Made by a program: the position numbers and the translations under genes
From: a virus
Lineage: Duplodnaviria > Caudoviricetes
Length of the DNA: 64,000 nt
IMG/VR virus record: IMGVR_UViG_3300025789_000018
Reading direction: 5' to 3' (one strand)
Shown: positions 17,362 to 26,869 of the stretch, piece after piece
Layout of the letters: each line of letters opens with the position of its first letter
Position numbering within the stretch: the first letter of the stretch is position 1
The notes under the pieces: generated by a model
Seen by the model: the letters and a program-made list of their open reading frames with translations, nothing else
Told to the model about the DNA's origin: nothing
Databases searched by the model: none

Positions 17362-17646
17362 TTAACCGACAACTTCATCAATCACACTGACCAAATCTTC
17401 GACATAGATGCCTTCGAGTTTCTTGACATACTTTACATCAATGCCACGAATCTTGAAGAAGTCAATGTCGTAAAGGTCTTTGCCTTCGTTGTACTTGACG
17501 TAAACATAGCCCTTCCACTTGGCCATCCCGCTGGATTTGAACTTCAGCCCATCGCCCATGTTCACGAGGTCTTTAGCACCCCAAGCCCACAGTGCGCGAG
17601 GATCAATGGCTTTGATCTGGTCACGAATGATAACTGCGATGCTCAT
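17362..17646 (-). CDS. Hypothetical early protein
   Basis: Behind an early promoter (TTGACA 17702-17707). Confidence 0.65.
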   Translation of the reverse strand: MSIAVIIRDQIKAIDPRALWAWGAKDLVNMGDGLKFKSSGMAKWKGYVYVKYNEGKDLYDIDFFKIRGIDVKYVKKLEGIYVEDLVSVIDEVVG

Positions 17647-17711
17647 TGCGAATCACCTTTTCTCATTGACTACTTTCTCAATGTACACGATTCGCCAAAA
17701 ATGTCAACCAC

Positions 17712-17750
17712 AAAAAATGCCCCCGAAGCCGAAACTCCGAGGGCATTCTC
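17712..17750 (-). terminator. Intrinsic terminator after the OMP gene
   Basis: GAATGCCCTCGGAG-TTTC-GGCTTCGGGGGCATT followed by a T-run. Confidence 0.75.
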
Positions 17751-17774
17751 ACTGGGGTGTGGTACTTCTATTTA

Positions 17775-18248
17775 TCAGAAGCGGAAGGTCACCGTACCAG
17801 CCGCACCATTGTTCTTGACTGCGCCAAGATCGGTGTGGGTGTACTGAGCACCAACCGAAACATGACCAATGACGTTAACGTCAAGACCTGCGGTAGCGCG
17901 AAGACCCTGGAGATTGTGTGCTTCTAGATCACGGAGGTTGTCATAACCTAGACCAGCATACACTAGAGTATGTGGAGTTACTTCATAGCCAAGACGACCA
18001 CCAACGTTAACATCGGTGCGGTCAAATACGTTGTCTAGACCAGCTTCAACGCCTACGGTAACAGGACCAACAAGCTTGCTGTCATAACCAGCTTCAACAC
18101 CATAAGTGAATGAACGGTTTGATGGGATTGCAGTGATGTCCTGATAGCCGACAACGCCAGTTACACGAGGGCCGACAAAGCTGTCTGCCATTGCAGGAGT
18201 AGCAGCAACAGCGGTAAGAGCCGCGAGGGCAAACATAAGATTCTTCAT
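17775..18248 (-). CDS. Outer-membrane beta-barrel protein (8-strand opacity/Omp25-like)
   Basis: Signal peptide ending PAMA|D, alternating amphipathic strands, C-terminal FRF. Confidence 0.8.
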   Translation of the reverse strand: MKNLMFALAALTAVAATPAMADSFVGPRVTGVVGYQDITAIPSNRSFTYGVEAGYDSKLVGPVTVGVEAGLDNVFDRTDVNVGGRLGYEVTPHTLVYAGLGYDNLRDLEAHNLQGLRATAGLDVNVIGHVSVGAQYTHTDLGAVKNNGAAGTVTFRF

Positions 18249-18323
18249 TCAGTATTCTCCATTAAAATAAAACAATGTTATAACATTTGACAGTCGTTTA
18301 AGGTACAACTGACAGAACCTATC

Positions 18324-18743
18324 TCATTTATAGATTGCTTTCACATGCATCGATGAAATCTTTATAGTACACCAATCATTATAATACTCATCTGAGAGAA
18401 TCGCATCCACAGCAAACATCTCTTTCGCTTCATAATAACTGGCGGATGATCTATTGTCAACAACTTTTAGTATCTGGCGAGAAAAGTTTTCTTTGCCTAA
18501 GTCTTCAACATCTGCTTTCAGACTTGGAGAAGAACCATAATAGGTCTTCCAATCGCTAGGCTTGCGAATCTTCTTCTTCTTACCCTTTATAGTCTTATAG
18601 CCAGCCATTGTAAAGAGTTTTTTGCCAAGATATTTTCGACCAGTAACTTTGTTTGTTATCAAGTAAACAAATGCAAAATGACCATCAGCCTGTGCATCAG
18701 TAAAGGGTTCCCCATCGTAGATCCATGGATTTTCATAATCCAT
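18324..18743 (-). CDS. GIY-YIG nuclease, co-oriented and without the cassette leader
   Basis: FVYLITNKVTGRKYLGKK...WKTYYGSS. Confidence 0.8.
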   Translation of the reverse strand: MDYENPWIYDGEPFTDAQADGHFAFVYLITNKVTGRKYLGKKLFTMAGYKTIKGKKKKIRKPSDWKTYYGSSPSLKADVEDLGKENFSRQILKVVDNRSSASYYEAKEMFAVDAILSDEYYNDWCTIKISSMHVKAIYK

Positions 18744-18905
18744 TTAACTATCGAACTCTTCATCTTCGTCGTCTACTTCTTCTGGTGTGAACTGGCTATC
18801 AGCATCAACGCCACAAAATGGACAAAACTCAACTTGTATGCCTGGTTCTTTACTAATCAACTTGTATTCTGTTTCACAGACAGAACATTCGATCCAATCA
18901 ATCAT
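18744..18905 (-). CDS. Small zinc-ribbon protein (not in ORF track)
   Basis: Hand translation MIDWIECSVCETEY...FCPFCG with an acidic tail. Confidence 0.6.
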   Translation of the reverse strand: MIDWIECSVCETEYKLISKEPGIQVEFCPFCGVDADSQFTPEEVDDEDEEFDS

Positions 18906-19371
18906 TTTGTTTACTCCGTTTTTTCACGAACTTGGAGAAGTCCTTTTCGTCTTCGTAGGGCGTGAGGTCTAGATTTGGTGGTGATAACTTGAGGTTTTCA
19001 TGATCAAGTTTCTTGACGTATTTATCAACAAACTTATCGTATGCTCTCCAGTTTAGCCCATCCCCAACAACTGCATCATGCTCTACTGCTAACGCAATGT
19101 GATGGGCTTCTTGGTATCGAAGCCCAAACACATCTATCAAGGCCTTCTCCACTCTTTCGTGAACAAGGAGGTATTTTGTGATATCTGTACCATTAAAGTC
19201 AACGTTCATGTGTCTATCAATGTAGATGTCTTTACTGTCTTTGGAATAACCAGCAACATAAGGAACATCATACTTGTTAATGATCTTCACGGTCCTACCA
19301 ATCTCTTTTTGAAAGGCAGGATCGTGAAGCATTGTATGGACACGAAAACTATGAACTTTAGGTAGGGCCAT
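18898..19371 (-). CDS. Hypothetical protein with HExxE motif
   Basis: LLVHERVE..EAHHIA. Confidence 0.6.
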   Translation of the reverse strand: MALPKVHSFRVHTMLHDPAFQKEIGRTVKIINKYDVPYVAGYSKDSKDIYIDRHMNVDFNGTDITKYLLVHERVEKALIDVFGLRYQEAHHIALAVEHDAVVGDGLNWRAYDKFVDKYVKKLDHENLKLSPPNLDLTPYEDEKDFSKFVKKRSKQND

Positions 19372-20044
19372 TAATCAATCCAGATAAGTCTTGAAGGGTT
19401 TTGATGGAGTCATCTCTGTGGCAGACTTCGACATACTTATCAATGTCGGTAGACCACTGTTTTCCATCCCACCATTCAAAACCTTTGAACTGTGACTTGT
19501 AGATACCAATATTTCCATAGCCAGAACCAATGTAAAGATGATAATATCCCATCTTCTTGGCTAACTCTACTTCATATGCCACTAAGTGGCGTGAGATAGA
19601 AGCTTTTGGTTCTGAATAGTCCCATGCGGTAAACTGTGTTTCAAGCCCACCGTCATAAGTTGTCATCTTAGAAAATGCAACCAAGTCTCCTGCATTGTTA
19701 TGCACAAGAATCCATGTTGCACGATCTAGATCGATTTCTATTGTATAAATGTCATCGAGGTTACGTCTTGCTGTAAACATACCGAATACGGTACCAACGT
19801 CTGACATATCCTCAATCGATTCAACGTGGGTTACTTTATAACCCTTTAGTGGTTTAGTTTTCTTATCGAATAGATTGCAGTCGATGCGGACAGAACGTGA
19901 GTTATACCACTTTCTATCGTTAATCAACCAACCTTGTTCGAGGGCGTCCACTTCACGCGAGTTTTCCAGGTCTAGTTCTAAATCGTAAACTTGTAAATCG
20001 TATTGCGAAACATTACCAAAGATAGGGTGTATCTTGGTCTTCAT
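19358..20044 (-). CDS. ATE/Bpt-like aminoacyl-tRNA-protein transferase
   Basis: LEQGW..RSVRI in the N-part; LVAF...WDY...SI...E.E.AK..GY..LYIG.GY....YK..F...EWWDG..W matches the ATE_C pattern. Confidence 0.65.
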   Translation of the reverse strand: MKTKIHPIFGNVSQYDLQVYDLELDLENSREVDALEQGWLINDRKWYNSRSVRIDCNLFDKKTKPLKGYKVTHVESIEDMSDVGTVFGMFTARRNLDDIYTIEIDLDRATWILVHNNAGDLVAFSKMTTYDGGLETQFTAWDYSEPKASISRHLVAYEVELAKKMGYYHLYIGSGYGNIGIYKSQFKGFEWWDGKQWSTDIDKYVEVCHRDDSIKTLQDLSGLINGPT

Positions 20045-20053
20045 TTCTGGGTA

Positions 20054-20503
20054 TTAGCTCCTTACGAGTTTGTATGCATTACCTCCATCATCGTAAAAGC
20101 CAAGGACCAACTCAATAATAGTAAAACCGTATGCATTATATAAAGACAGAGCCACATCGTTCTCTACTCTACAGTGTAAAGTGAGAGGGGACCATGGTAT
20201 AGTCTTATTATCGATATAGTGTTGTAAAAGCAGTTTAGAGTATCCTTGCCCGCGGTATTGTGGGTCAATCTCTAAAGTTTCTAGATATTCAGATTGATCT
20301 TGATCGTCATCATAGACATAACTTATATAGAAGCCTGCTATATCATCATTGATCTGAAGAACATTGACATTACAACCAAATGATTGGTAGTCTTCAAGTT
20401 CATCAATCGTAATCGTGTCTGTTTCAAATGAGGCTTTCTCTATCTCTATCATTCTAGGATAGTCAACCTCGGTTGCTTCACGTATACTTATATAAGTTGT
20501 CAT
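20054..20503 (-). CDS. GNAT (RimI-like) acetyltransferase
   Basis: LEIDPQYRGQGYSKLLL...LHCRVENDVALSLY...GF. Confidence 0.85.
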   Translation of the reverse strand: MTTYISIREATEVDYPRMIEIEKASFETDTITIDELEDYQSFGCNVNVLQINDDIAGFYISYVYDDDQDQSEYLETLEIDPQYRGQGYSKLLLQHYIDNKTIPWSPLTLHCRVENDVALSLYNAYGFTIIELVLGFYDDGGNAYKLVRS

Positions 20504-21597
20504 AGGGTAAAGTTAGAAAATGTCGTGTCCGTGATATCTTTTTTCACGCCACCAGAAACATAACTGGTAATCTCTGTTTCCTGGGGTGCTACTTGTACAT
20601 CAGAACCACTAATCCATTTAGCAGTCCATGGTAGAGGATTAGGTCCTGACTTACCTGGAAGACCGATATTGCTCATACGCTTTGCTGCAATGTGATCTAC
20701 ATAGTCACACAGCAGTTGTTCATTTAGACCAATCATCGACCCCTGATGAAAGAGATAGCGTGCCCACCCCTTTTCTTGATCGATGACTCGGTGAAAGATA
20801 GCAGCACATTCATCCCGTGTCTCTTCCCGTATTCTCGCAAAGTCTTCATCCTCTTTCGGTAGTATCTTGAGGAGATTTTGAGTTGAGGCAAGATGAACGT
20901 TCTCGTCTCTGGCAATGAGTTTAATGATCTTAGCATTGCCTTCCATTTTCTTGACTTCAGCAAATGCCCAAGAGCAGGCGAATGATACATAGAATCTAAC
21001 TCCTTCTAGAGCATTGACAGCATTGAGACATAACCATAATGCTTTCTTGTGATCATATCGATACTTTGGCGTATAACCATATTCCGATTCTGGACAACCA
21101 AGTGTATTGTTTAGAGTAATCAAATCATCATAATACTTGCTGATATCCTCGGCACAGTCTAAGATTTCTGGGATGTCGAGCATCTCATCGAATACTCTAC
21201 TTGGATCACTGTATACATTGCGAATGATGTGAGTGTACGATCTACTATGAATCGTCTCACTGAAAGCCCAAGTTTGGATCCAGGTCTCCAACTCTGGTAG
21301 CGAACACACAGGGAGGAAAGCAAGCGAAGGAGCCCGACCTTGTACAGAATCAAGTAGAATCTGACGCTTAAGGTTCGAGGTAAAAATGTGTTTCTCATGG
21401 TCATTTAGTGCCTTGAAGTCTTTGCCATCGCGAGACAGATCAACTTCTTCTGGTCGCCAGAAGAAACCGAGTTGTTTATCAGTTAGTTTTTCAAAGATTG
21501 GATAGCGTTGTTTGTCATATCTAGCGATGTTTACATTCTCACCAAAGAAGCAAGTCTGTTGTGTTGCGTCAAATCTGTTGTTATTAAAAACTGACAT
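20500..21597 (-). CDS. nrdB: Ribonucleotide reductase class Ia beta subunit
   Basis: FFWRPEE, QILLDS, SETIHSRSY, LEGVRFYVSF, RDENVH, VAPQETEI; no intron. Confidence 0.97.
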   Translation of the reverse strand: MSVFNNNRFDATQQTCFFGENVNIARYDKQRYPIFEKLTDKQLGFFWRPEEVDLSRDGKDFKALNDHEKHIFTSNLKRQILLDSVQGRAPSLAFLPVCSLPELETWIQTWAFSETIHSRSYTHIIRNVYSDPSRVFDEMLDIPEILDCAEDISKYYDDLITLNNTLGCPESEYGYTPKYRYDHKKALWLCLNAVNALEGVRFYVSFACSWAFAEVKKMEGNAKIIKLIARDENVHLASTQNLLKILPKEDEDFARIREETRDECAAIFHRVIDQEKGWARYLFHQGSMIGLNEQLLCDYVDHIAAKRMSNIGLPGKSGPNPLPWTAKWISGSDVQVAPQETEITSYVSGGVKKDITDTTFSNFTL

Positions 21598-21772
21598 CGC
21601 TTTCGTCTATCCATTCTACTTGATTTGCAGGAAAAGTTTGTCGCCAAACATGAGTTTCATCTTTTAAAACAAAGTCAATCTTGGTGGAGTTTGAATAGTT
21701 CTTAGCTTCAACCACCTCGTAGACTTTGCCGTTCTCTTCCCATTTGTTATTATTTATTCGAATATATCGCAT
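21584..21772 (-). CDS. Hypothetical protein
   Basis: ORF overlapping the nrdB start. Confidence 0.5.
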   Translation of the reverse strand: MRYIRINNNKWEENGKVYEVVEAKNYSNSTKIDFVLKDETHVWRQTFPANQVEWIDESDVSF

Positions 21773-21774
21773 AA

Positions 21775-22227
21775 CTAGACACTTTCAAACATGTGCTTTA
21801 GTGCAGAAGCATCCCACCAAGCATTGTGTCGAATAGCACCAGGTAGTGTAGTTGGATAAGCATCAACGCGCACCATATCAAAGATGATCCTAGGAACGGC
21901 AATCATCTCACCTGGACCAGTAATCATTGCCTGACAAAGATACTTGATGTCATCTGGCCAATCTGTAGTAATCACAGGGCATGGATCATCACCGAAGAAC
22001 TCTTGGATCATATGTGCGCCGCGATTGTCCAATAGAGAAGCAACTTGCATCTTAACGCCTTTGGGTACATTAATAATGACGGGCATAACATTTATAGCAA
22101 CCCATGGATCAATCTCTTGGATTGTCTCATATTTGATATATAGGCTATGCCCGTCTTCACGTACCAAAGCTAGACTAAGTAGCTGCCCTCCGAAGCCGTT
22201 ATATTCACAATCCATGAAATACTTCAT
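21775..22227 (-). CDS. DEDDh-like 3'-5' exonuclease fold protein
   Basis: FMDCEYNG..LLSLALV...HNAWWDA. Confidence 0.55.
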   Translation of the reverse strand: MKYFMDCEYNGFGGQLLSLALVREDGHSLYIKYETIQEIDPWVAINVMPVIINVPKGVKMQVASLLDNRGAHMIQEFFGDDPCPVITTDWPDDIKYLCQAMITGPGEMIAVPRIIFDMVRVDAYPTTLPGAIRHNAWWDASALKHMFESV

Positions 22228-22242
22228 AACAAAACTCCTTTA

Positions 22243-22282
22243 TATAAATAAGATGTGACTCGCGATATTCCAGTATCCAACA
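22243..22282 (+). repeat. Orphan 5' half of the nuclease-cassette leader (no nuclease gene follows)
   Basis: TATAAATAAGATGTGACTCGCG is identical to 1632-1653 over 22 nt; inner GATA/TATC hairpin kept; 3' stem arm and SD missing; abuts the nrdA stop. Confidence 0.75.
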
Positions 22283-24550
22283 TCAGATTTTACAACTATC
22301 ACAATCTTCCTGATCAACTTCACCTGGTGCTAGTGTATCTTCAATCTCACCAGACTGATCATTGGTGTTGAAATAGTATAGGTTTTTGCCTCCGAGTTTA
22401 TAAAACATCAGCAAGTGCCCGATCATCTCTGATAGAGGAATCTTACCCTCTGGATAGTGGGCTGGATTGTAGGAGGTGTTCACGGAGATAGCTTGATCGA
22501 CAAACTTCTGTAGAACTGCCATGATCTTCAGATAACCCTCTGGTGACTTCTGGTCCCATAGCAACTCATACTTATTCTTTAGTTTCTTGATATCAGGAAC
22601 AACCTGCTTTAGAACACCATCTTTACTCTGCTTGATTGATACCAATGCACGAGGCGGTTCGATACCATTAGTAGAGTTGCTAATCTGTGCAGAAGTTTCA
22701 GCAGGCATAAGAGCCATCAAAGTTGAGTTGCGAATGCCATACATTTCGGATCTATCTTTTAGTAGATCCCAATCCATATTATAGCATGGTTCTACTAGAT
22801 CGTCAACATCTTTCTTGTATGTATCAACTGGCATAATGCCTAGACCATATTTTGTCTCATCCGACTTACCACACTTGCCAAACTCTTCTGCAAGATCGAC
22901 AGATGCCTTAATAAGATAGTAAGACCACGCTTCAGCGTAACTATGAATAAGACCAAGATTAGGGCTGGAATAAGTGCTATCATTACGAGCCAACCAATAA
23001 GCGAAATTGATGATGCCCACACCCAACGGCCTACGTGCCATAGTCCCCAAATAGGCAGCACGAACGGGATAAGACTGATAATCCAGAAGAGCGTCAAGGC
23101 ATCTAACAGCAATTGTACAAGGCTTCTCAAAATCGCTAGGCTTTTTGATTTTGCCCCAATTGATAGCCGCAAGAGTGCAGAGAGAAATCTCACCTTCTTC
23201 ATCATTGATGTCCTTTAGTGGTATTGTTGGCAAAGTAATCTCACAGCAGAGATTGCTCATTTTGATTGGTGCTTTTTCCTTGACAAACGAACCATGATCA
23301 TTGGCATGGTCAACGTTCATCAGATAGATTCGTCCTGTATCTTTTCGCTCTTGCATGAAGGACGAAAAAAGGTCAATTGCAGATACAGTTTTCTTTCTGA
23401 TTTTGGTGTTTCGTTCATACTTCTCATAGAGGGTTCGGAACTCGTCGGTGTTTGTGAAGAAACATTTGTAGAGATCCGGCACATCAGAAGGCGAGAAGAG
23501 GGTGATGTTACCACCAGATAGAAGTCTTTCATACATCACCTTGTTGAACTGGACACCATAGTCCATATGCCGAATGCGATTGTCTTCTGTGCCCTTGTTA
23601 TTTTTAAGAACTAAAAGGTCTTCTACTTCAAGATGCCAAAGAGGATAGTAGATGGTTGCTGCACCACCTCTTACGCCGCCTTGCGAACACGACTTAACAG
23701 CGCTTTGAAAATGCTTCCAAAATGACACAACGCCAGTATGAACAGCGTCGCCACCGCGAATGGGAGAGCCAATAGCCCTAATGAGGCCACCACCAATTCC
23801 GATTCCAGCCTTCTGAGAAACGTACTTAACGATTGCAGAGGAAGTAGCGTTGATAGAATCGAGAGAATCATCCGACTCAATAAGCACGCAAGAACTAAAC
23901 TGACGCTGAGGAGAACGAACTCCAGCCATAATAGGAGTAGGCAAGCTAATGTCAAATGTAGAGATAGCATCGTATAGTTCCTTTACCCACTTGATACGGT
24001 CTGTTTTATAGTTTTGAAACAATGTCATGGCGATCAACATGAATGCCATCTGAGGCGTTTCGTAGAACTTTCCTGTGACACGATTGCGAATCAGATACTT
24101 ACCACGAAACTGCTCCATTGCAGCATAGGTAAGCAGATTGTCACGGTCATGGTCGATATAATCACCAAGTTCTGCCCATTCATCCCAAGAATACACCTTT
24201 GAAAGATTTCTATCATAATAACCTAGACTTTCAACTCTATCATGATGTTGCAATAAAGGCTTGGGATCATATCGACCATAAACTTCCTTACGCAACTGAT
24301 AGTTGATTAGACGACCAGCAACGTATTGGTAGTTAGGTGTTTCTTCAGAGATAAGATCAGCCGCGGCTTTGATCAGCGTTTCTTGAATGTCCTTGGACGT
24401 GATGCCATTGTGAAACTGAATCTTTGTTTTGATTTCAAGTTCTGATACAGATACACCAGAAAGCCCTTCACACGCAAACTGACATACACGATGGAACTTG
24501 TTTAGGTCTAGAGGTTCTTTACTACCATCGCGTTTAGAAACATGGATCAT
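22283..24550 (-). CDS. nrdA: Ribonucleotide reductase class Ia alpha subunit with ATP cone
   Basis: VSKRDG ATP cone, PTPIMAG, QFSSC, SNLCCEI, LMPAETS; no intron. Confidence 0.97.
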   Translation of the reverse strand: MIHVSKRDGSKEPLDLNKFHRVCQFACEGLSGVSVSELEIKTKIQFHNGITSKDIQETLIKAAADLISEETPNYQYVAGRLINYQLRKEVYGRYDPKPLLQHHDRVESLGYYDRNLSKVYSWDEWAELGDYIDHDRDNLLTYAAMEQFRGKYLIRNRVTGKFYETPQMAFMLIAMTLFQNYKTDRIKWVKELYDAISTFDISLPTPIMAGVRSPQRQFSSCVLIESDDSLDSINATSSAIVKYVSQKAGIGIGGGLIRAIGSPIRGGDAVHTGVVSFWKHFQSAVKSCSQGGVRGGAATIYYPLWHLEVEDLLVLKNNKGTEDNRIRHMDYGVQFNKVMYERLLSGGNITLFSPSDVPDLYKCFFTNTDEFRTLYEKYERNTKIRKKTVSAIDLFSSFMQERKDTGRIYLMNVDHANDHGSFVKEKAPIKMSNLCCEITLPTIPLKDINDEEGEISLCTLAAINWGKIKKPSDFEKPCTIAVRCLDALLDYQSYPVRAAYLGTMARRPLGVGIINFAYWLARNDSTYSSPNLGLIHSYAEAWSYYLIKASVDLAEEFGKCGKSDETKYGLGIMPVDTYKKDVDDLVEPCYNMDWDLLKDRSEMYGIRNSTLMALMPAETSAQISNSTNGIEPPRALVSIKQSKDGVLKQVVPDIKKLKNKYELLWDQKSPEGYLKIMAVLQKFVDQAISVNTSYNPAHYPEGKIPLSEMIGHLLMFYKLGGKNLYYFNTNDQSGEIEDTLAPGEVDQEDCDSCKI

Positions 24551-24556
24551 GCATTA

Positions 24557-24769
24557 TTACCTATTAAATGAATATTGTTGACTGTTCGCTGTAATGTTCA
24601 AAGTGTCCCAGTTTTGTACTCCTAGAGTCGAAACTCCAAGAGTATTACCTCTGAAGTAGTTGGCAACATCATTCATTTCTTCTTGAATGTCAATGCCTGA
24701 TGTTTGACCTGTAGTAGTACCTATCTGTGTACCATTCGCTAGAAATACTGCTGAGTAACTTACTGACAT
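24557..24769 (-). CDS. Hypothetical protein
   Basis: ORF preceded by a GGAG SD. Confidence 0.5.
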   Translation of the reverse strand: MSVSYSAVFLANGTQIGTTTGQTSGIDIQEEMNDVANYFRGNTLGVSTLGVQNWDTLNITANSQQYSFNR

Positions 24770-24780
24770 TACTTATTCTC

Positions 24781-25251
24781 CTACATACGCTTGTATTCAG
24801 AATGTGAGTATTTCATCAACTCACGCTTTTCTTTTTCACTGAGTATGTATACTTCTTCCACCGCAGGTTGATCAAATGGAATACCAATCATATCAACACC
24901 AAACTTGGTTGTATACCTGAAACTATTAAAGTTTTTTGGATCAATCCTGAAGATTTTGCCGTTGTGTTTATAACTCGTATTGATCAATGCAGGTGATGTG
25001 ACAACATAGAGGTCATCAACAGAACTACATTTCTTTAACTGACTTGGTCGGAAAGAAACACAGTTGCGCATTACGTATGGCTGCTCTGTCTTAACTTCTA
25101 CTAGACGTTCACCATCGACTGTCATATCTTTTTGACGATCATAGTTGTCTAGAGACAACTCAACCACATGACCAGTACGACTCAACCAGTTAGAAACAAT
25201 ATTTTCACCAATCTTGCCTAGTATTACGATTCGTTCATTATGTGTCATCAT
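24781..25251 (-). CDS. PD-(D/E)XK-like nuclease
   Basis: GENIV..KDMTVDG..VEVKT. Confidence 0.55.
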   Translation of the reverse strand: MMTHNERIVILGKIGENIVSNWLSRTGHVVELSLDNYDRQKDMTVDGERLVEVKTEQPYVMRNCVSFRPSQLKKCSSVDDLYVVTSPALINTSYKHNGKIFRIDPKNFNSFRYTTKFGVDMIGIPFDQPAVEEVYILSEKEKRELMKYSHSEYKRM

Positions 25252-25306
25252 TCTTCCTTAGTATCACAGAACCGTCATCATGTAAATGGTATTCTAGTAA
25301 AGTTTC

Positions 25307-25561
25307 TTATTTAACATCTGGAAAGATAACAGGATCATCTGATCGCGTTTCACACCACATCTTGAAGTTATCTGGTAGATAATACCAAAAGAAAAAATAT
25401 CCATTATCTATATCATCAATGTGATGATCATCTCCATCTTGATCAACACAAACACTATCACAACGATAGAACATTTGCGATCCAGAACCATCAGAGTATA
25501 AAGCAATAAATCTGCGTCCATTTTCTGGGCGAGATTCTGCAAACGTGTTCCATTCAGTCAT
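25307..25561 (-). CDS. Hypothetical protein
   Basis: ORF overlapping the thyX stop. Confidence 0.55.
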   Translation of the reverse strand: MTEWNTFAESRPENGRRFIALYSDGSGSQMFYRCDSVCVDQDGDDHHIDDIDNGYFFFWYYLPDNFKMWCETRSDDPVIFPDVK

Positions 25562-26222
25562 CTTTCAATGCTTCCAAAATAGCAGGGAATCGCTCACCAA
25601 TGATTTCCCAGCACTGTTCTGCTAAGATACGATGTTCCTTCTGCGTTGCTTTGTCCATGCGAATCTGACAATAATGTACCCAGCTACGAAGGCTACCTTT
25701 CATAATGATTACAGATTCAGTTAGACCTTCTGGAAGAACGGCACGAGCCTGTTCTTTAGCGATGCCTTCCTCAATAGCAAAACGATATGCTCTTTTCGTA
25801 ACTTCCAATACTTCTGCTTGTAAATCCAACCAAGAATCATGTAAGTCTTCATCATCAACATCAACACTATTCTGACGGTTCTTTGGATCCTGCAAACGCG
25901 CTTCACGAGTAACGAACTTCAAGTCCTTAGTGGGATCAGCATAACGCTGACTGTATTCCTGAAATACAAACGAACGATGGCGAAGCATCTGACGGGCAAT
26001 ATCCCTAGTTGTGCGAATCTCTAGCGACACATCTACCATTTCGAGTGGGCTAAAGTGCTTATGTGTAATCAGATACTTCAACAACTTAGGTGCTGTTTGT
26101 GTGTTATTCTGATTGCTTGGGTTGCTGATTCTAGCACACCATGCCACCAGTTCTTGTGCATCAATGCAACCAGTGTATTCATAATCAGGCTGTGTGATTC
26201 CGATTAGATTTACGGTACTCAT
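25554..26222 (-). CDS. thyX: Flavin-dependent thymidylate synthase
   Basis: HFSPLEM, RQMLRHRSFVFQEYSQRY, ARAVLP, SLRSWVHY..R. Confidence 0.95.
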   Translation of the reverse strand: MSTVNLIGITQPDYEYTGCIDAQELVAWCARISNPSNQNNTQTAPKLLKYLITHKHFSPLEMVDVSLEIRTTRDIARQMLRHRSFVFQEYSQRYADPTKDLKFVTREARLQDPKNRQNSVDVDDEDLHDSWLDLQAEVLEVTKRAYRFAIEEGIAKEQARAVLPEGLTESVIIMKGSLRSWVHYCQIRMDKATQKEHRILAEQCWEIIGERFPAILEALKDD

Positions 26223-26740
26223 TCTTTATCCTTCAATAGATTTGGACCACTATGGATCTCATAAGTTTCAACTACCAAACTCTTGGCTAATGATTCTGCA
26301 TATGCATCACTTGTTGGTGTCGATTCGGAAAAAGTAACCTTTGTGTACTGGTATTCTTTACCACGATCCCAGAAAGAATGCTTAGATGTTTTTGGAACTA
26401 TTTCAGTCATTTGTAACACCGTGAATCTGTCGCTTAAAATGATAATGATTAGCAGCGGGAATGTGACGATTATCAGGTAGTATCAGCACAAGTTCCCATC
26501 CCTCCAAACCAAACACATTCAATTCTTTCGTGGTCATCGTTTGGCTGAACACGGTCTTGATATTATATTCAAACACCACTTTCAATCCTTTTCTTCATAT
26601 TGATCCTAGTTTCTTCAATAGCCTTCAAAGAGATAGCAGTGTCAAATATGGTATCAACATCTCTGGCAGCTACAGCTATGTGCATAATGCGCCAATAGGA
26701 ATCTGCTATACCTTCAATTGCTTCATCTAAAGCAGTAGAA

Positions 26741-26869
26741 TCAGTCATTTGAAACCCAATCCCATTCATTATTTTCTTCCTGAACGACTCGAACTAGTTC
26801 GGATGCATCTGTACAACCAGTATACTCATAATCAGGCTGAGTAATGCCTACAAGATTAACGCTGCTCAT
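26741..26869 (-). pseudogene. Duplicated, diverged thyX N-terminus (26 codons) fused to an unrelated 16-codon tail
   Basis: MSSVNLVGITQPDYEYTGCTDASELV versus thyX MSTVNLIGITQPDYEYTGCIDAQELV. Confidence 0.75.

Noticed and set aside
3565-17707. CRISPR array interpretation of the ~60-bp repeats
   Set aside because: The copies are separated by whole genes at irregular distances and contain -35/-10 and SD elements; no cas genes are present (the Cas4-like fold at 53178 is the usual phage exonuclease).
20500-26222. Group I introns or inteins in nrdB, nrdA or thyX
   Set aside because: All three ORFs are continuous and of normal length, with no splice-junction or intein motifs.
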